This document shows positions 52,598-61,537 of a stretch of DNA of 64,000 bases, in pieces. This DNA is from Candidatus Cloacimonadales bacterium. GTDB taxonomy: Bacteria > Cloacimonadota > Cloacimonadia > Cloacimonadales > JAIOQZ01. Position 1 is the first letter of the stretch. Each line of letters opens with the position of its first letter. The DNA lies in contig CAXXTU010000002.1 of assembly GCA_963662655.2 (NCBI GenBank), positions 288,001 to 352,000 on the forward strand, in the 5' to 3' direction. A model generated the notes under the pieces. It ran no database searches, was not told where the DNA came from, and saw only the letters and a list, made by a program, of their open reading frames with translations. The position numbers were made by a program, and so were the translations under genes.

Positions 52598-53941
52598 ATG
52601 AAAATACTTACTCCGAAAAACATCGTCAAAGAACTGGATAAATATATCATCGGGCAAACGGACGCTAAACGCGCGACAGCCATTGCGCTTCGAAATCGCT
52701 GGAGACGCCAGCGCGTTAGCGGTGAACTGCAGGAAGAGATCATCCCCAACAACATCATCATGATCGGACCCACCGGCGTTGGGAAGACCGAGATCGCTCG
52801 CAGGCTTTCACGGCTTGCAAACGCGCCTTTCATCAAGGTAGAGGCGTCCAAGTTTACCGAAGTCGGCTACGTTGGCCGCGACGTCGAATCGATGGTTCGC
52901 GAGCTGATGGATATCGCGGTAAACGACGTCCGCGTGGAGATGTCGAACAAAGTTTACCGCAAGGCGCAGGACAACGCGCGGGAGAAGGTTCTGGATCACC
53001 TCCTGCCACCGCCCAAGCCATCCGAAGACGATCAAGATGCCAAAGATCGCTACCACCGCTCCCGCATGAAAATGGCCAACATGCTCGACGACGGCAAGCT
53101 CGACGACCACGAGATCGAGATTACGCAGGAGAACAGCAACAACCCTCATATCGAGATATTCTCCAACATCGGGCTCGAATCGTTCGACCTGAATTTCAGC
53201 GAGATGCTCTCCAATATAATGCCGTTCCAGAAGAACGACTCCAAGCGCAGGAAGCTCAAGGTTCCCCAGGCTCTGGAGATGCTTACGCAGCAGGAGGCCG
53301 GGCGCCTGGTCAACAAGGACAAGGTAATCGAGGTTGCTCGTGAACGCGTGGAGGATCACGGAATCATTTTCATCGACGAGATCGACAAGATCGCCTCTCG
53401 CGAGCAGGAAGGGCGCGCCGACGTCTCACGCTCCGGCGTACAGCGCGATTTGCTTCCTATCGTGGAAGGCTCGAATGTCCCCACCAAGTACGGTATGATA
53501 AACACCCGTCACATCCTGTTCATCGCTGCCGGTGCTTTCCACAGTGCGAAGCCCTCGGACTTGATCCCCGAGCTTCAGGGACGTTTCCCCATCCGCGTAG
53601 AACTGGACAGCCTCTCGGTGGACGACTTCGAGAAAATACTCCAGTTCCCGAAGAACGCACTGCTCAAGCAGTATGTCGCCATGTTCAAGACGGAGAAGGT
53701 CGCCCTTGAATTCACCGATAAAGCCGTCCGTGAGATCGCTCGCTACGCTGCCGAAGCGAACCAGAAGATGGAGGACATCGGCGCGCGCAGGCTTCACACC
53801 ATCTTGAACGCGCTGCTGGACGATTACCTCTTCGCCATGCCGGACAGCGGATTGAAGAAGGTGAAGATCACCGAGAAAGAGGTCGATGAAAAGCTGGAGA
53901 AGATCATCCAGAACGAAGATTTATCGCGATACATATTATAG
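52598..53941 (+). CDS. hslU: ATP-dependent protease ATPase subunit HslU
   Basis: GPTGVGKTEIARR, KFTEVGYVG, GVQRDLLP. Confidence 0.97.
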   Translation: MKILTPKNIVKELDKYIIGQTDAKRATAIALRNRWRRQRVSGELQEEIIPNNIIMIGPTGVGKTEIARRLSRLANAPFIKVEASKFTEVGYVGRDVESMVRELMDIAVNDVRVEMSNKVYRKAQDNAREKVLDHLLPPPKPSEDDQDAKDRYHRSRMKMANMLDDGKLDDHEIEITQENSNNPHIEIFSNIGLESFDLNFSEMLSNIMPFQKNDSKRRKLKVPQALEMLTQQEAGRLVNKDKVIEVARERVEDHGIIFIDEIDKIASREQEGRADVSRSGVQRDLLPIVEGSNVPTKYGMINTRHILFIAAGAFHSAKPSDLIPELQGRFPIRVELDSLSVDDFEKILQFPKNALLKQYVAMFKTEKVALEFTDKAVREIARYAAEANQKMEDIGARRLHTILNALLDDYLFAMPDSGLKKVKITEKEVDEKLEKIIQNEDLSRYIL

Positions 53942-54100
53942 AATATTCACGGGCGGAAATGTGCTTGCGTTTTCGCCCGGCCATACCGAAAACACTCAGA
54001 CCTTTCACATTTCTTTTGACAGTCAAAGATCATTAGACAAAAAATACGCTTAAGCGATCTTCAACGGGGGATCGTTGAATCGAGAAACAGGAGATACTAC

Positions 54101-54817
54101 ATGAAAAAGGCCTTATTGATTGCTACATTAATCATTACTTGTTTTATCCTTTTAGCTCAGGATACGCCCGATGTTTTTCAGGAATATCAGAAGAATCCGA
54201 ACACCGATACGTTCGATAAAGCCCTTGCGCAGTACCGCCAGCAATTGGAAGCGGAACCGGAGAATTTCCAGCCCCGCTTGATGCTTTCCTGGCTGCTCAT
54301 CATGGAGATGGAGCGTAATAACGAGTACTTTGCCACCAACCTCGATTCTCTTCCCATGCCTGCGAAATTCCAGTACGCGAATATGCTTCTGGAGCTGGGC
54401 CAAAACGAAGAGGCCATCGACATATACACGGTTCTCAACGAAGCTGCCCCGAAGTGGAGCTGCCCGTGGCGTCACCGCGGTGAGGCCTACATGAACATGA
54501 GGGAATACGCGCAGGCGGAAGAAGCGCTTCTTATGGCGATCGAGACCCGTAAAGAGCACTACGACGCCTACATCTGGCTCGCGAATGCGCAAAAAGAGCT
54601 CGGCAAGATGAAAGAGGCGCTGGCAACGCTCGAAACCGGCCTGACATACAAGGGAAAGGACATCGAAGACCCTGAGGAAGAACTGGATTCCCTCGATGTT
54701 TATTTCCTTCACCTCGAGCTTCTCAAAGCGAATGACAGGAAAGACGAATTCAGCAAACTGGCTGAGAAAGTTCGCGAGCTTGCCCCGGAAGATGCAAGGT
54801 GGGAAGCTTTACAGTAG
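54101..54817 (+). CDS. secreted TPR protein
   Basis: Signal peptide, TPR-like helical repeats. Confidence 0.8.
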   Translation: MKKALLIATLIITCFILLAQDTPDVFQEYQKNPNTDTFDKALAQYRQQLEAEPENFQPRLMLSWLLIMEMERNNEYFATNLDSLPMPAKFQYANMLLELGQNEEAIDIYTVLNEAAPKWSCPWRHRGEAYMNMREYAQAEEALLMAIETRKEHYDAYIWLANAQKELGKMKEALATLETGLTYKGKDIEDPEEELDSLDVYFLHLELLKANDRKDEFSKLAEKVRELAPEDARWEALQ

Positions 54818-55851
54818 ATTTTCGGCGGTTTATAACCGTAATTGCATACATATTGCTGGTTCTTCCTGCGTCGTTGACGGCGCAGGAACGACCGGCGGAC
54901 ATGCTCAAATCGGTCGATGTCAAGATCGGATCGTTTTTCGGGACCAAGTACAATCGGGACTACTCCGAGGATAAGAAGTCGCAGTTTTTCTCCAAGCACC
55001 TATTCAGGCTCGGCGCAACCGTATCTCCTGCCAAAGACATAGAGATAACCACCTCCGCTTCACTCCACGACAACGTTTTTGGGACGAGCGTCTCCTTTCA
55101 CGAGTTCACAGTGATGTACCGCAAAGAGCTATGGCAGATCGGCTACCGCTACTTCATGCTGGGTTTCGGCGAGGGATCGAGAATATTCGATACGAACGTG
55201 CTGGATACTTATTACGACGAGCCGGTTTTAGAGCAGTACGACTTCTATGGCGTCGATGGCATGTACAGGATAGGAGACGCTTACCTGGGGGCTCGAGTTG
55301 GCGGAAACGAGTACAACACGTCGATTCTCGAACTGACCTCCGGCTATGAGCATCGCTACGGCAACTTCGGCGTTTGGCTTCTGCACGTGGAGCGCGATAA
55401 CCTCTACAATTCCAGGATGAGCTCCGTCGGCGGTGATTTCACGGCGGACATCGAGCAGCTTCACCTATACGGAGCGATCATGTACCGGCATTACCCCAAG
55501 ATGGACAAGGTTGACGATACAAGCGTCACCAGCTGGATCGCGGAAGCTGGGTACACGTTCGACCATGATTTGAGCATCGCGGCAAACTACGTCGCGAAAC
55601 AGGTCAATCAGGATGAACCGACCTGGCAGTTCAACGTTCGCTCTGCGTGGCGTATGGGGATTTTCGAGCCGGCATTCTTGTGGAAATATTACAAGCGCAT
55701 GGATTACACAGAGAAGGAGTACCGCGGCACAGCGATGTTCGAATTGACGCCTGGCTGGAAGATGGGCTTCAACGCCGCCGCGATTGATCCTTCGATCGGC
55801 TCGATGATTTACCAGATAGGCGTAGAGACCCTGGTGGACATGGCTTTATGA
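54799..55851 (+). CDS. putative outer-membrane beta-barrel protein
   Basis: Signal peptide, aromatic-rich alternating strands. Confidence 0.6.
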   Translation: MGSFTVDFRRFITVIAYILLVLPASLTAQERPADMLKSVDVKIGSFFGTKYNRDYSEDKKSQFFSKHLFRLGATVSPAKDIEITTSASLHDNVFGTSVSFHEFTVMYRKELWQIGYRYFMLGFGEGSRIFDTNVLDTYYDEPVLEQYDFYGVDGMYRIGDAYLGARVGGNEYNTSILELTSGYEHRYGNFGVWLLHVERDNLYNSRMSSVGGDFTADIEQLHLYGAIMYRHYPKMDKVDDTSVTSWIAEAGYTFDHDLSIAANYVAKQVNQDEPTWQFNVRSAWRMGIFEPAFLWKYYKRMDYTEKEYRGTAMFELTPGWKMGFNAAAIDPSIGSMIYQIGVETLVDMAL

Positions 55852-56588
55852 GATGGTGTTTAAGGCTCTTCTGGCTGCCGGTTGCGCTGCTTGCGATTCT
55901 TTCGTGCGACAACAATTCAGGGCGTTTCGCTGATCGCACCATCGTCTGCTTCTGCTTCGACGACGAACATGAATCCGCTTACACCGTCGCGTTTCCCGTC
56001 ATGCAGGAGTATGGATTCACGGGAACGATGGTGGTCAACAGCGGTTGGCTGGGCAATACCGGGCGGATGACGTGGAACCAGCTCGACGAGATGGTTCTGG
56101 AGAATGGATGGGAGCTAGCCGGCCACACGAGGCACCACGTTAATCTCGCGACTTGCTCCTACGAAGAAGCATGGGACGAGGTTGTGGGCGAGTTTGAGCT
56201 CTATACGGATATGGGGTATGAAGTCACGATGTTCGCCCTGCCGGCGGGGGAGGCGTCAACGCGGGATTTCGAGATTATCAGCGAGTGCTACGAGACGATC
56301 CGCACCAGCCGGGATATCACCATGAAAGCGCCGGTCAATCCGCACTATCTGGGGTATTTCTCCTACTGGACCGAGTACGAGCCGGAGCAGGTCTATCAGC
56401 GTATACAGATGGGCATGAAAGATCAGGAGGATTTGATTATCCTCGGATTTCACAGCCTCAAGGATCCTGACGAAGGCGCGCTGACTAATTGCAGTCCCGA
56501 CGATTTCAGGGCGATTGTGGAATACATCTCGAAGCTCGATGTCGAAGTGATGACGATCCGCGAGGCTGTGAGGCTTCTGAAGAAATAG
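55848..56588 (+). CDS. polysaccharide deacetylase (CE4) lipoprotein
   Basis: ILSC lipobox, FDD, HTRHH, GFH. Confidence 0.85.
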   Translation: MRWCLRLFWLPVALLAILSCDNNSGRFADRTIVCFCFDDEHESAYTVAFPVMQEYGFTGTMVVNSGWLGNTGRMTWNQLDEMVLENGWELAGHTRHHVNLATCSYEEAWDEVVGEFELYTDMGYEVTMFALPAGEASTRDFEIISECYETIRTSRDITMKAPVNPHYLGYFSYWTEYEPEQVYQRIQMGMKDQEDLIILGFHSLKDPDEGALTNCSPDDFRAIVEYISKLDVEVMTIREAVRLLKK

Positions 56589-56640
56589 ATCGAACGAATT
56601 TATTGACAGGTTTGCCTGCGGTATAAACTGCGACTCACGC

Positions 56641-56717
56641 GTCCCCGTAGCTCAGCTGGATAGAGCGCTTGCCTCCGGAGCAAGAGGCCGTGCGTTCGAA
56701 TCGCGCCGGGGACGCCA
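56641..56717 (+). tRNA. tRNA-Arg(CCG)
   Basis: Cloverleaf, anticodon arm CTTGC-CTCCGGA-GCAAG, GTTCGAATC, encoded CCA. Confidence 0.97.
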
Positions 56718-56724
56718 TTATAAA

Positions 56725-57090
56725 TATAAAGTGTCAGGCAAATTTCTAAAAAGTTGCAAGTAGTTTTTATTATAAAGTGTCAGGCAAATTTCTAAAAAGT
56801 TGCAAGTAGTTTTCTAAATCACCCCCGCTCACCCAAGCCGTTTCCATCCATCTAGCACAGTAAACGCAGTAATAGCATAAGTTTAGTTCTGAGTTGCAAG
56901 CAGTTTTCTAAATAATTGGAAAGGCAGCCGATCAAAGCAGCTGCCTCAAACTTATATCTTGTTGTTAAATGGTTAGTTAGTACTGTGTTGCAAGTGGTTT
57001 TCTAAATTCTCAATCTGAAAACCCGATTCGAACACCGTAAAACACTAAAATCTAATCAATTAGAACCCAGTTGCAAGTAGTTTTCTAAAT
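56725..57090 (+). repeat. prophage-terminal repeat array, GTTGCAAGYRGTTTTCTAAAT
   Basis: Copies at 56753 (partial), 56799, 56893, 56987 and 57070. Degenerate copies at 56731 and 56777. A 43-bp exact tandem repeat starts at 56725 and 56771. Confidence 0.9.
56922..56946 (-). terminator. possible terminator of the tail operon
   Basis: AGGCAGC...GCTGCCT stem followed by TTCCAATT on the minus strand. Confidence 0.55.
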
Positions 57091-57250
57091 CGTAGGCAAT
57101 CCCGTGTTGATCCAGGTACTCAATCGCCTGCTCCCGGGTGTCGAACTCGAAGCACGTATAGTCTGTGATCGTGCTTTCGGAGTCGGTCAAACATATCAGG
57201 CAATTGTTATGGATCACAATTCGCCAGGCTTTTGCGTTGTATACAGCCAT
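57056..57250 (-). CDS. small phage protein
   Basis: AGGTGG RBS, last gene of the tail operon. Confidence 0.65.
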   Translation of the reverse strand: MAVYNAKAWRIVIHNNCLICLTDSESTITDYTCFEFDTREQAIEYLDQHGIAYDLENYLQLGSN

Positions 57251-57258
57251 ACCCCCAC

Positions 57259-58104
57259 CTAATTCGTGTTCACGACGATTCCTGAGCCATCGAGGTATTC
57301 AACGATCGAGGCTTCAGGAACGCCCTTGATTATCGCCAAGGCTACATCAAGGTTTGCTATCGTGCATGAGCCCTTATTACAGCCCGTGACGGTAACGGTG
57401 GCCGACCAGCCTGACGATCGAGCCGTTTTCATGTCGATCAACATGCGGACAATCGACAAAGCGGTAAGTCCGTCGTTGCCGGAGAAATTTCCGACAAACC
57501 CGGCATTCCAGCAGCATACGCCCGGCGTGTATGCCGATAATCCTGCGTTGTTTGCGAAGATGCTACCAAGTGGAAGCCCGAGCAATACACCGACATCACC
57601 TTCCACCTCGGCAGCTTCCCGGATATCGATGTAGCCGAGATTTTCGCACAGCGCAAGAAAAACTACGTCTCCGAAGCAGCGGTCACGGGCCACAAAAAAC
57701 TGCAGCTCCGGAAGCCAGGCCATTCTAGGCGATAACTCCATGCTCGTGGCAGATCCGAAGAAGCTAAGATACAGGCAGCGTTCAAGCCCGAAGAGGCTGT
57801 TAGGAAGCAGTTTCACCAGGCCTTGGCTCGCTATCTCGACGCGCATTATATACCCGATATCGCCAAGAATCACAATGTGAAAGACGCCGTTATTCGCATA
57901 TTGATGCGGACGATCAGAAGCGCTTCCCGTGCCTGCAATCGGAGTAATATTGCCGTCGCCCCAATGAATGGCCGCAGCATGACCATACTGGCATCCGGTA
58001 TTGATCACGATCGTCTGACTCGCATAATCCGTAATCGTCGCGACGAATTGCACACCCTGAGCAAGCTGCTGATGCGACTCCAGAGAATTCATTACTGTCA
58101 GCAT
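57259..58104 (-). CDS. phage protein with PKD-like and LRR-like segments
   Basis: IHWGDG...HQY motif, L..L.EL and GD...L repeats. Confidence 0.65.
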   Translation of the reverse strand: MLTVMNSLESHQQLAQGVQFVATITDYASQTIVINTGCQYGHAAAIHWGDGNITPIAGTGSASDRPHQYANNGVFHIVILGDIGYIMRVEIASQGLVKLLPNSLFGLERCLYLSFFGSATSMELSPRMAWLPELQFFVARDRCFGDVVFLALCENLGYIDIREAAEVEGDVGVLLGLPLGSIFANNAGLSAYTPGVCCWNAGFVGNFSGNDGLTALSIVRMLIDMKTARSSGWSATVTVTGCNKGSCTIANLDVALAIIKGVPEASIVEYLDGSGIVVNTN

Positions 58105-58106
58105 GA

Positions 58107-58391
58107 TTACCCTTTGTAGGCGATGATCTTGCCGCCTGTGAGCGTGATCTTCGAGAACAGCCCGTAGACGATCCCACCGGCGGGTATTTCGGTATTCAAA
58201 GCGCTCAAATTCTTGCCGTTGCTATTGATCTCCATGCTCGTTTCATCGTCGGGGAACGTAGCGCCCAACAGCTGAATTGCATACCAGGCGCCCGTGTGCT
58301 CGCTGGTGTCCGAAATGATGTCGAAATCCTTGGGAATAGCCCAGGTTTGACGGGCTTCCCGTGGTGCGTTTTGACTGCGTGGATCTGGCAT
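58107..58391 (-). CDS. small phage tail-associated protein
   Basis: AAGGAGG RBS, IPAG..VYG.F..ITL..G..IAY. Confidence 0.7.
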   Translation of the reverse strand: MPDPRSQNAPREARQTWAIPKDFDIISDTSEHTGAWYAIQLLGATFPDDETSMEINSNGKNLSALNTEIPAGGIVYGLFSKITLTGGKIIAYKG

Positions 58392-58403
58392 TTTGTCCTC
58401 CTT

Positions 58404-59294
58404 TTAGGTGCCTGAACCTTGATAGTTTTGTACGTCTTCAAAGTAATCGTACCAGATGAAGACGGATACACGACCGCCGTTTGCGATGGTGCCAGCCCCG
58501 GAGACGGCGATTTTGAAAGCACTGCCGACACCGCTCAGGATGCCGGAGTCCGAGCTGTAGTCGAACATCGTCGAAATCTTCGTGTTTGCGGTTCCGGATT
58601 CACCGGTTTCACATATTTTCTGGTTCCCGGCCCCGCCTGCATAGCTCGCTCCCCAGGTCGTCCCCAGGGCAACGTCAATTCGAATCTGACAGCCAATGAG
58701 TCGAGAGCCTTCCGGCAAAGCGCTCAGCGCAATATCGAGCTGCGAGGTCGTGCCATCCGCTACTGCATAAGTCGTGTAAATTTTGGTGTGAAGCTTGCCG
58801 GTTTCAAGGGATCCGCAAACTTGCCAGTCGGTCGTGACTTTTGGGGAAAGCACCGATGTGCTGGCCTCGAGCGTAGTGAATTCGCCGGTGTTTGGCGTGG
58901 CCGCGCCGATCGAGCAATTATTGATCGTTCCGCCCATCAAGTCTTTATCGAGAACGATTTGCGTGCCGGAGACGGTGACTAGTTCTGCCGTCAGACCGTC
59001 GAGAAGGGCCAGCTCAGTAGTCGTAATTTCGCCCGACTCGAGTTCGCCGGTGCTGTTGACGATCGCCACCCGGTTCGTAGGCGTAAAGCCACGCTGAGCG
59101 TACGCTCGTAGCTCTGACGCGAGGATCGCCTTCGAAACGCCTTCCGACACGTCCGCGATGTAAAAACGGTCAGACGAGCCCAGACTGAGCGAGCCGAGTA
59201 AGTCCATTTCGGACAGCTTCTTGTTCGCGCCCATCAGCAGGATCGCCAGCACCGCCATTACGGTGATGATGATCATTGATTTGTGTTTCTTCAT
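58404..59294 (-). CDS. phage tail-fibre-like protein with an apparent signal peptide
   Basis: ITTTELALLDG and GGTINN..IG..TP..G.FT fibre-like motifs, AAGGAG RBS. Confidence 0.7.
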   Translation of the reverse strand: MKKHKSMIIITVMAVLAILLMGANKKLSEMDLLGSLSLGSSDRFYIADVSEGVSKAILASELRAYAQRGFTPTNRVAIVNSTGELESGEITTTELALLDGLTAELVTVSGTQIVLDKDLMGGTINNCSIGAATPNTGEFTTLEASTSVLSPKVTTDWQVCGSLETGKLHTKIYTTYAVADGTTSQLDIALSALPEGSRLIGCQIRIDVALGTTWGASYAGGAGNQKICETGESGTANTKISTMFDYSSDSGILSGVGSAFKIAVSGAGTIANGGRVSVFIWYDYFEDVQNYQGSGT

Positions 59295-59303
59295 AATATC
59301 TCC

Positions 59304-59801
59304 TTATTGCTCCTCGAGGAGGATTTTATCGTTGCTTTCTTCGAGCTCAAACAGGCCGTCGCCTTCCTCGAGTTCGATGCCGGAAAGGTATTCGTCAGGC
59401 AGGCTCGGGAGCTCGTCGTAGAGGGCTGTAAATGACAGCTTGATCTCCTGCCTGAACTCGCGAGCTTCATCGCTGGCCGGTGGAAGTTTATCGATGGCCA
59501 CGGGAAAGTGCCTGGTTGAGTTGTCGTAGTCATATATGATGAAAAGCGCGTCGCCTTCATCGGTATTGAGGAAGTCGCGCAGGGCGTTCGATTCGGCTGG
59601 CCAGAGGATGGCCACGCAGTCGATATCGTCTTCGTGGTACCGGCCTCGACGCAGGACGATCGTCGGATCGAAGGCGTTTTGTTTTTCGACTCTCCAACGT
59701 TCTTTCGGCTTCCATTCGACCCGGGCGCGAGGTACATCGAGCGTGACGACGCCCGAGCCAGTATCTTTCACCAGGCGGAATCCGTCGAATCCAAGCATCA
59801 T
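59304..59801 (-). CDS. phage tail protein (distal-tail-like)
   Basis: Position in the operon, ATGA coupling, acidic LEE repeats at the C-terminus. Confidence 0.6.
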   Translation of the reverse strand: MMLGFDGFRLVKDTGSGVVTLDVPRARVEWKPKERWRVEKQNAFDPTIVLRRGRYHEDDIDCVAILWPAESNALRDFLNTDEGDALFIIYDYDNSTRHFPVAIDKLPPASDEAREFRQEIKLSFTALYDELPSLPDEYLSGIELEEGDGLFELEESNDKILLEEQ

Positions 59802-61537
59802 AGCGCCCACCCGACGATTCTGTACTCGTCATTCTCACGGTCAGGCAGCACCTCGGTCACGCCGTACACCTGGCCGTTGATCTGCACCTTCGAAAACAGC
59901 TCGATCGGGCCGTTTTTCGTCATGTCGTCGATCGAAATACTGTACGTCCATTGATTGGAAAGCAGGTCGCTGTAATGCTGCTGGAGCACCTCACCGAGGA
60001 CGGTAGTGTCGCCCATGAGAACCTTGAGAAGGGTGAAGTCGATGCTGTCCGGCTTGACTCGCTTCTTGGTCATTTTGACGATATCCCTTGTGCTGATCAC
60101 GCGCGGATCGCCGGAGAAGGAGCTCTTGTTCGCCAGGGTGAGCGTGCCGTTCACATCGATGATGGTGGCGTTGTACATGAGCAGCATCGCTTTCAAAACA
60201 CCCATCATTTCGGTTTCAGCGATATCGTTATCGCCCATCTTCAAGACCATCCGCTCGGGGAGTACGTTGCCAGTGTATTTCGATGTCATGATTCCTGTCG
60301 CAGGAGAAGTACCGTAAGTATTTGTTCCATCGATATATTCATCTTCGAGAGAGTGCAGATCGTTCGGGCTGATCAGATAGCCCTTGAAGAATTGGTAGAA
60401 TTCCATTATCGGATCGTTAAGCTCTGCTACATCTTCGAGCCAGTCCGTTTCTTCATTGTACTCGTATTTGACCGGACAAATCTTGTTATAATAATGATAT
60501 ACATAGCCCTTGTAAAATCCTTTGTAATGCGTTTCACCGGTCGTATGATTCTCGCGACGCATCGTTTTCATAAAGCCAAACACAAATGTCGGGAATGTTG
60601 CCCGATAGCCTCTTGTCGGGCTGCTCCAACTACGATAATGGCCAATCACGACATTCTCTATCGAGGATCCGAGAAACGACACCCGCATGTATGAGGCGTT
60701 CGGCGGCGTTATGATCGCCTCGATGTTCGAGACCGGGTATTCAGGAGAATCGGTAATAATGAATTCGTAATCGCCGTCGTAAAACGCGACACGCCTTATA
60801 TGAGTATTCGAAACATAAATCTGATTAGGGATAACGCTTATAAAATCAGATGTAGCGTAATCACCATCAAGAACCAACTCTCCCGTCGTGGTTGAGACAA
60901 TATAATTGTCCACCGCAGTCCATAAATTGTAAAGCTGCTCATTAAACCAGTCATATTCGAAATACGACGTGTCATCCGGTAGAGGCGCGAAATCATTGTA
61001 ATCGATGGTTACGAGCGGGTAGTTCGACACCTCGATCGAAGGTATTACGAGATTGTTCTGGAAAGGCAGATCAATGTCAATCTTGATCATGATTTGCTGT
61101 GCGAAATAGCTCAACACGAAATCGGGTGACCAGGGTGTTGCCCAATAATAGCGTAGAACCAAATCCTCGAAGACCTTGAGCAAGCGCAGACGGTCGTACA
61201 GCGTCACCTCAAAAACCTCGCTGCTGTAGTCGTAGCTCACGACCGACGTGTCGATTACGCCCCAGTAGATCAGTGTGTTGCCGTCGAAAACCTTGGCCTC
61301 GAAGTGGCTGATCCCGCGATCGTGCTCATAGGAGTCCGAAAGAAGATGCTCATCGATCCAGGAATCAAGAAAGACCTGGAACTTGAGCCGGACGGGCTCG
61401 TGCGCGAAATATCCGGAACCGGCGATCTTCTTGGCAGAGCCCTGGAACTTGTGGAAATCCCGCTGAAACAGCTGGTGAACCACGTTTCCGTAGGTTGGCG
61501 AGGAGGTTCGTCCGTCTATAATATCGATCCGGATCAC
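59798..61537 (-). CDS. phage tail/baseplate protein
   Basis: Directly follows the tape measure gene, contains an internal CBM-like insert. Confidence 0.65.
   Translation of the reverse strand: MIRIDIIDGRTSSPTYGNVVHQLFQRDFHKFQGSAKKIAGSGYFAHEPVRLKFQVFLDSWIDEHLLSDSYEHDRGISHFEAKVFDGNTLIYWGVIDTSVVSYDYSSEVFEVTLYDRLRLLKVFEDLVLRYYWATPWSPDFVLSYFAQQIMIKIDIDLPFQNNLVIPSIEVSNYPLVTIDYNDFAPLPDDTSYFEYDWFNEQLYNLWTAVDNYIVSTTTGELVLDGDYATSDFISVIPNQIYVSNTHIRRVAFYDGDYEFIITDSPEYPVSNIEAIITPPNASYMRVSFLGSSIENVVIGHYRSWSSPTRGYRATFPTFVFGFMKTMRRENHTTGETHYKGFYKGYVYHYYNKICPVKYEYNEETDWLEDVAELNDPIMEFYQFFKGYLISPNDLHSLEDEYIDGTNTYGTSPATGIMTSKYTGNVLPERMVLKMGDNDIAETEMMGVLKAMLLMYNATIIDVNGTLTLANKSSFSGDPRVISTRDIVKMTKKRVKPDSIDFTLLKVLMGDTTVLGEVLQQHYSDLLSNQWTYSISIDDMTKNGPIELFSKVQINGQVYGVTEVLPDRENDEYRIVGWAL

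Noticed and set aside
56753..57090. CRISPR array
   Set aside because: The repeat is only 21 bp and non-palindromic, spacers are 62-73 bp, one repeat is coding, and there are no cas genes in the window.
57056..61537. Diversity-generating retroelement or invertible tail cassette
   Set aside because: No reverse transcriptase, invertase or TR/VR repeat pair is visible in the window.
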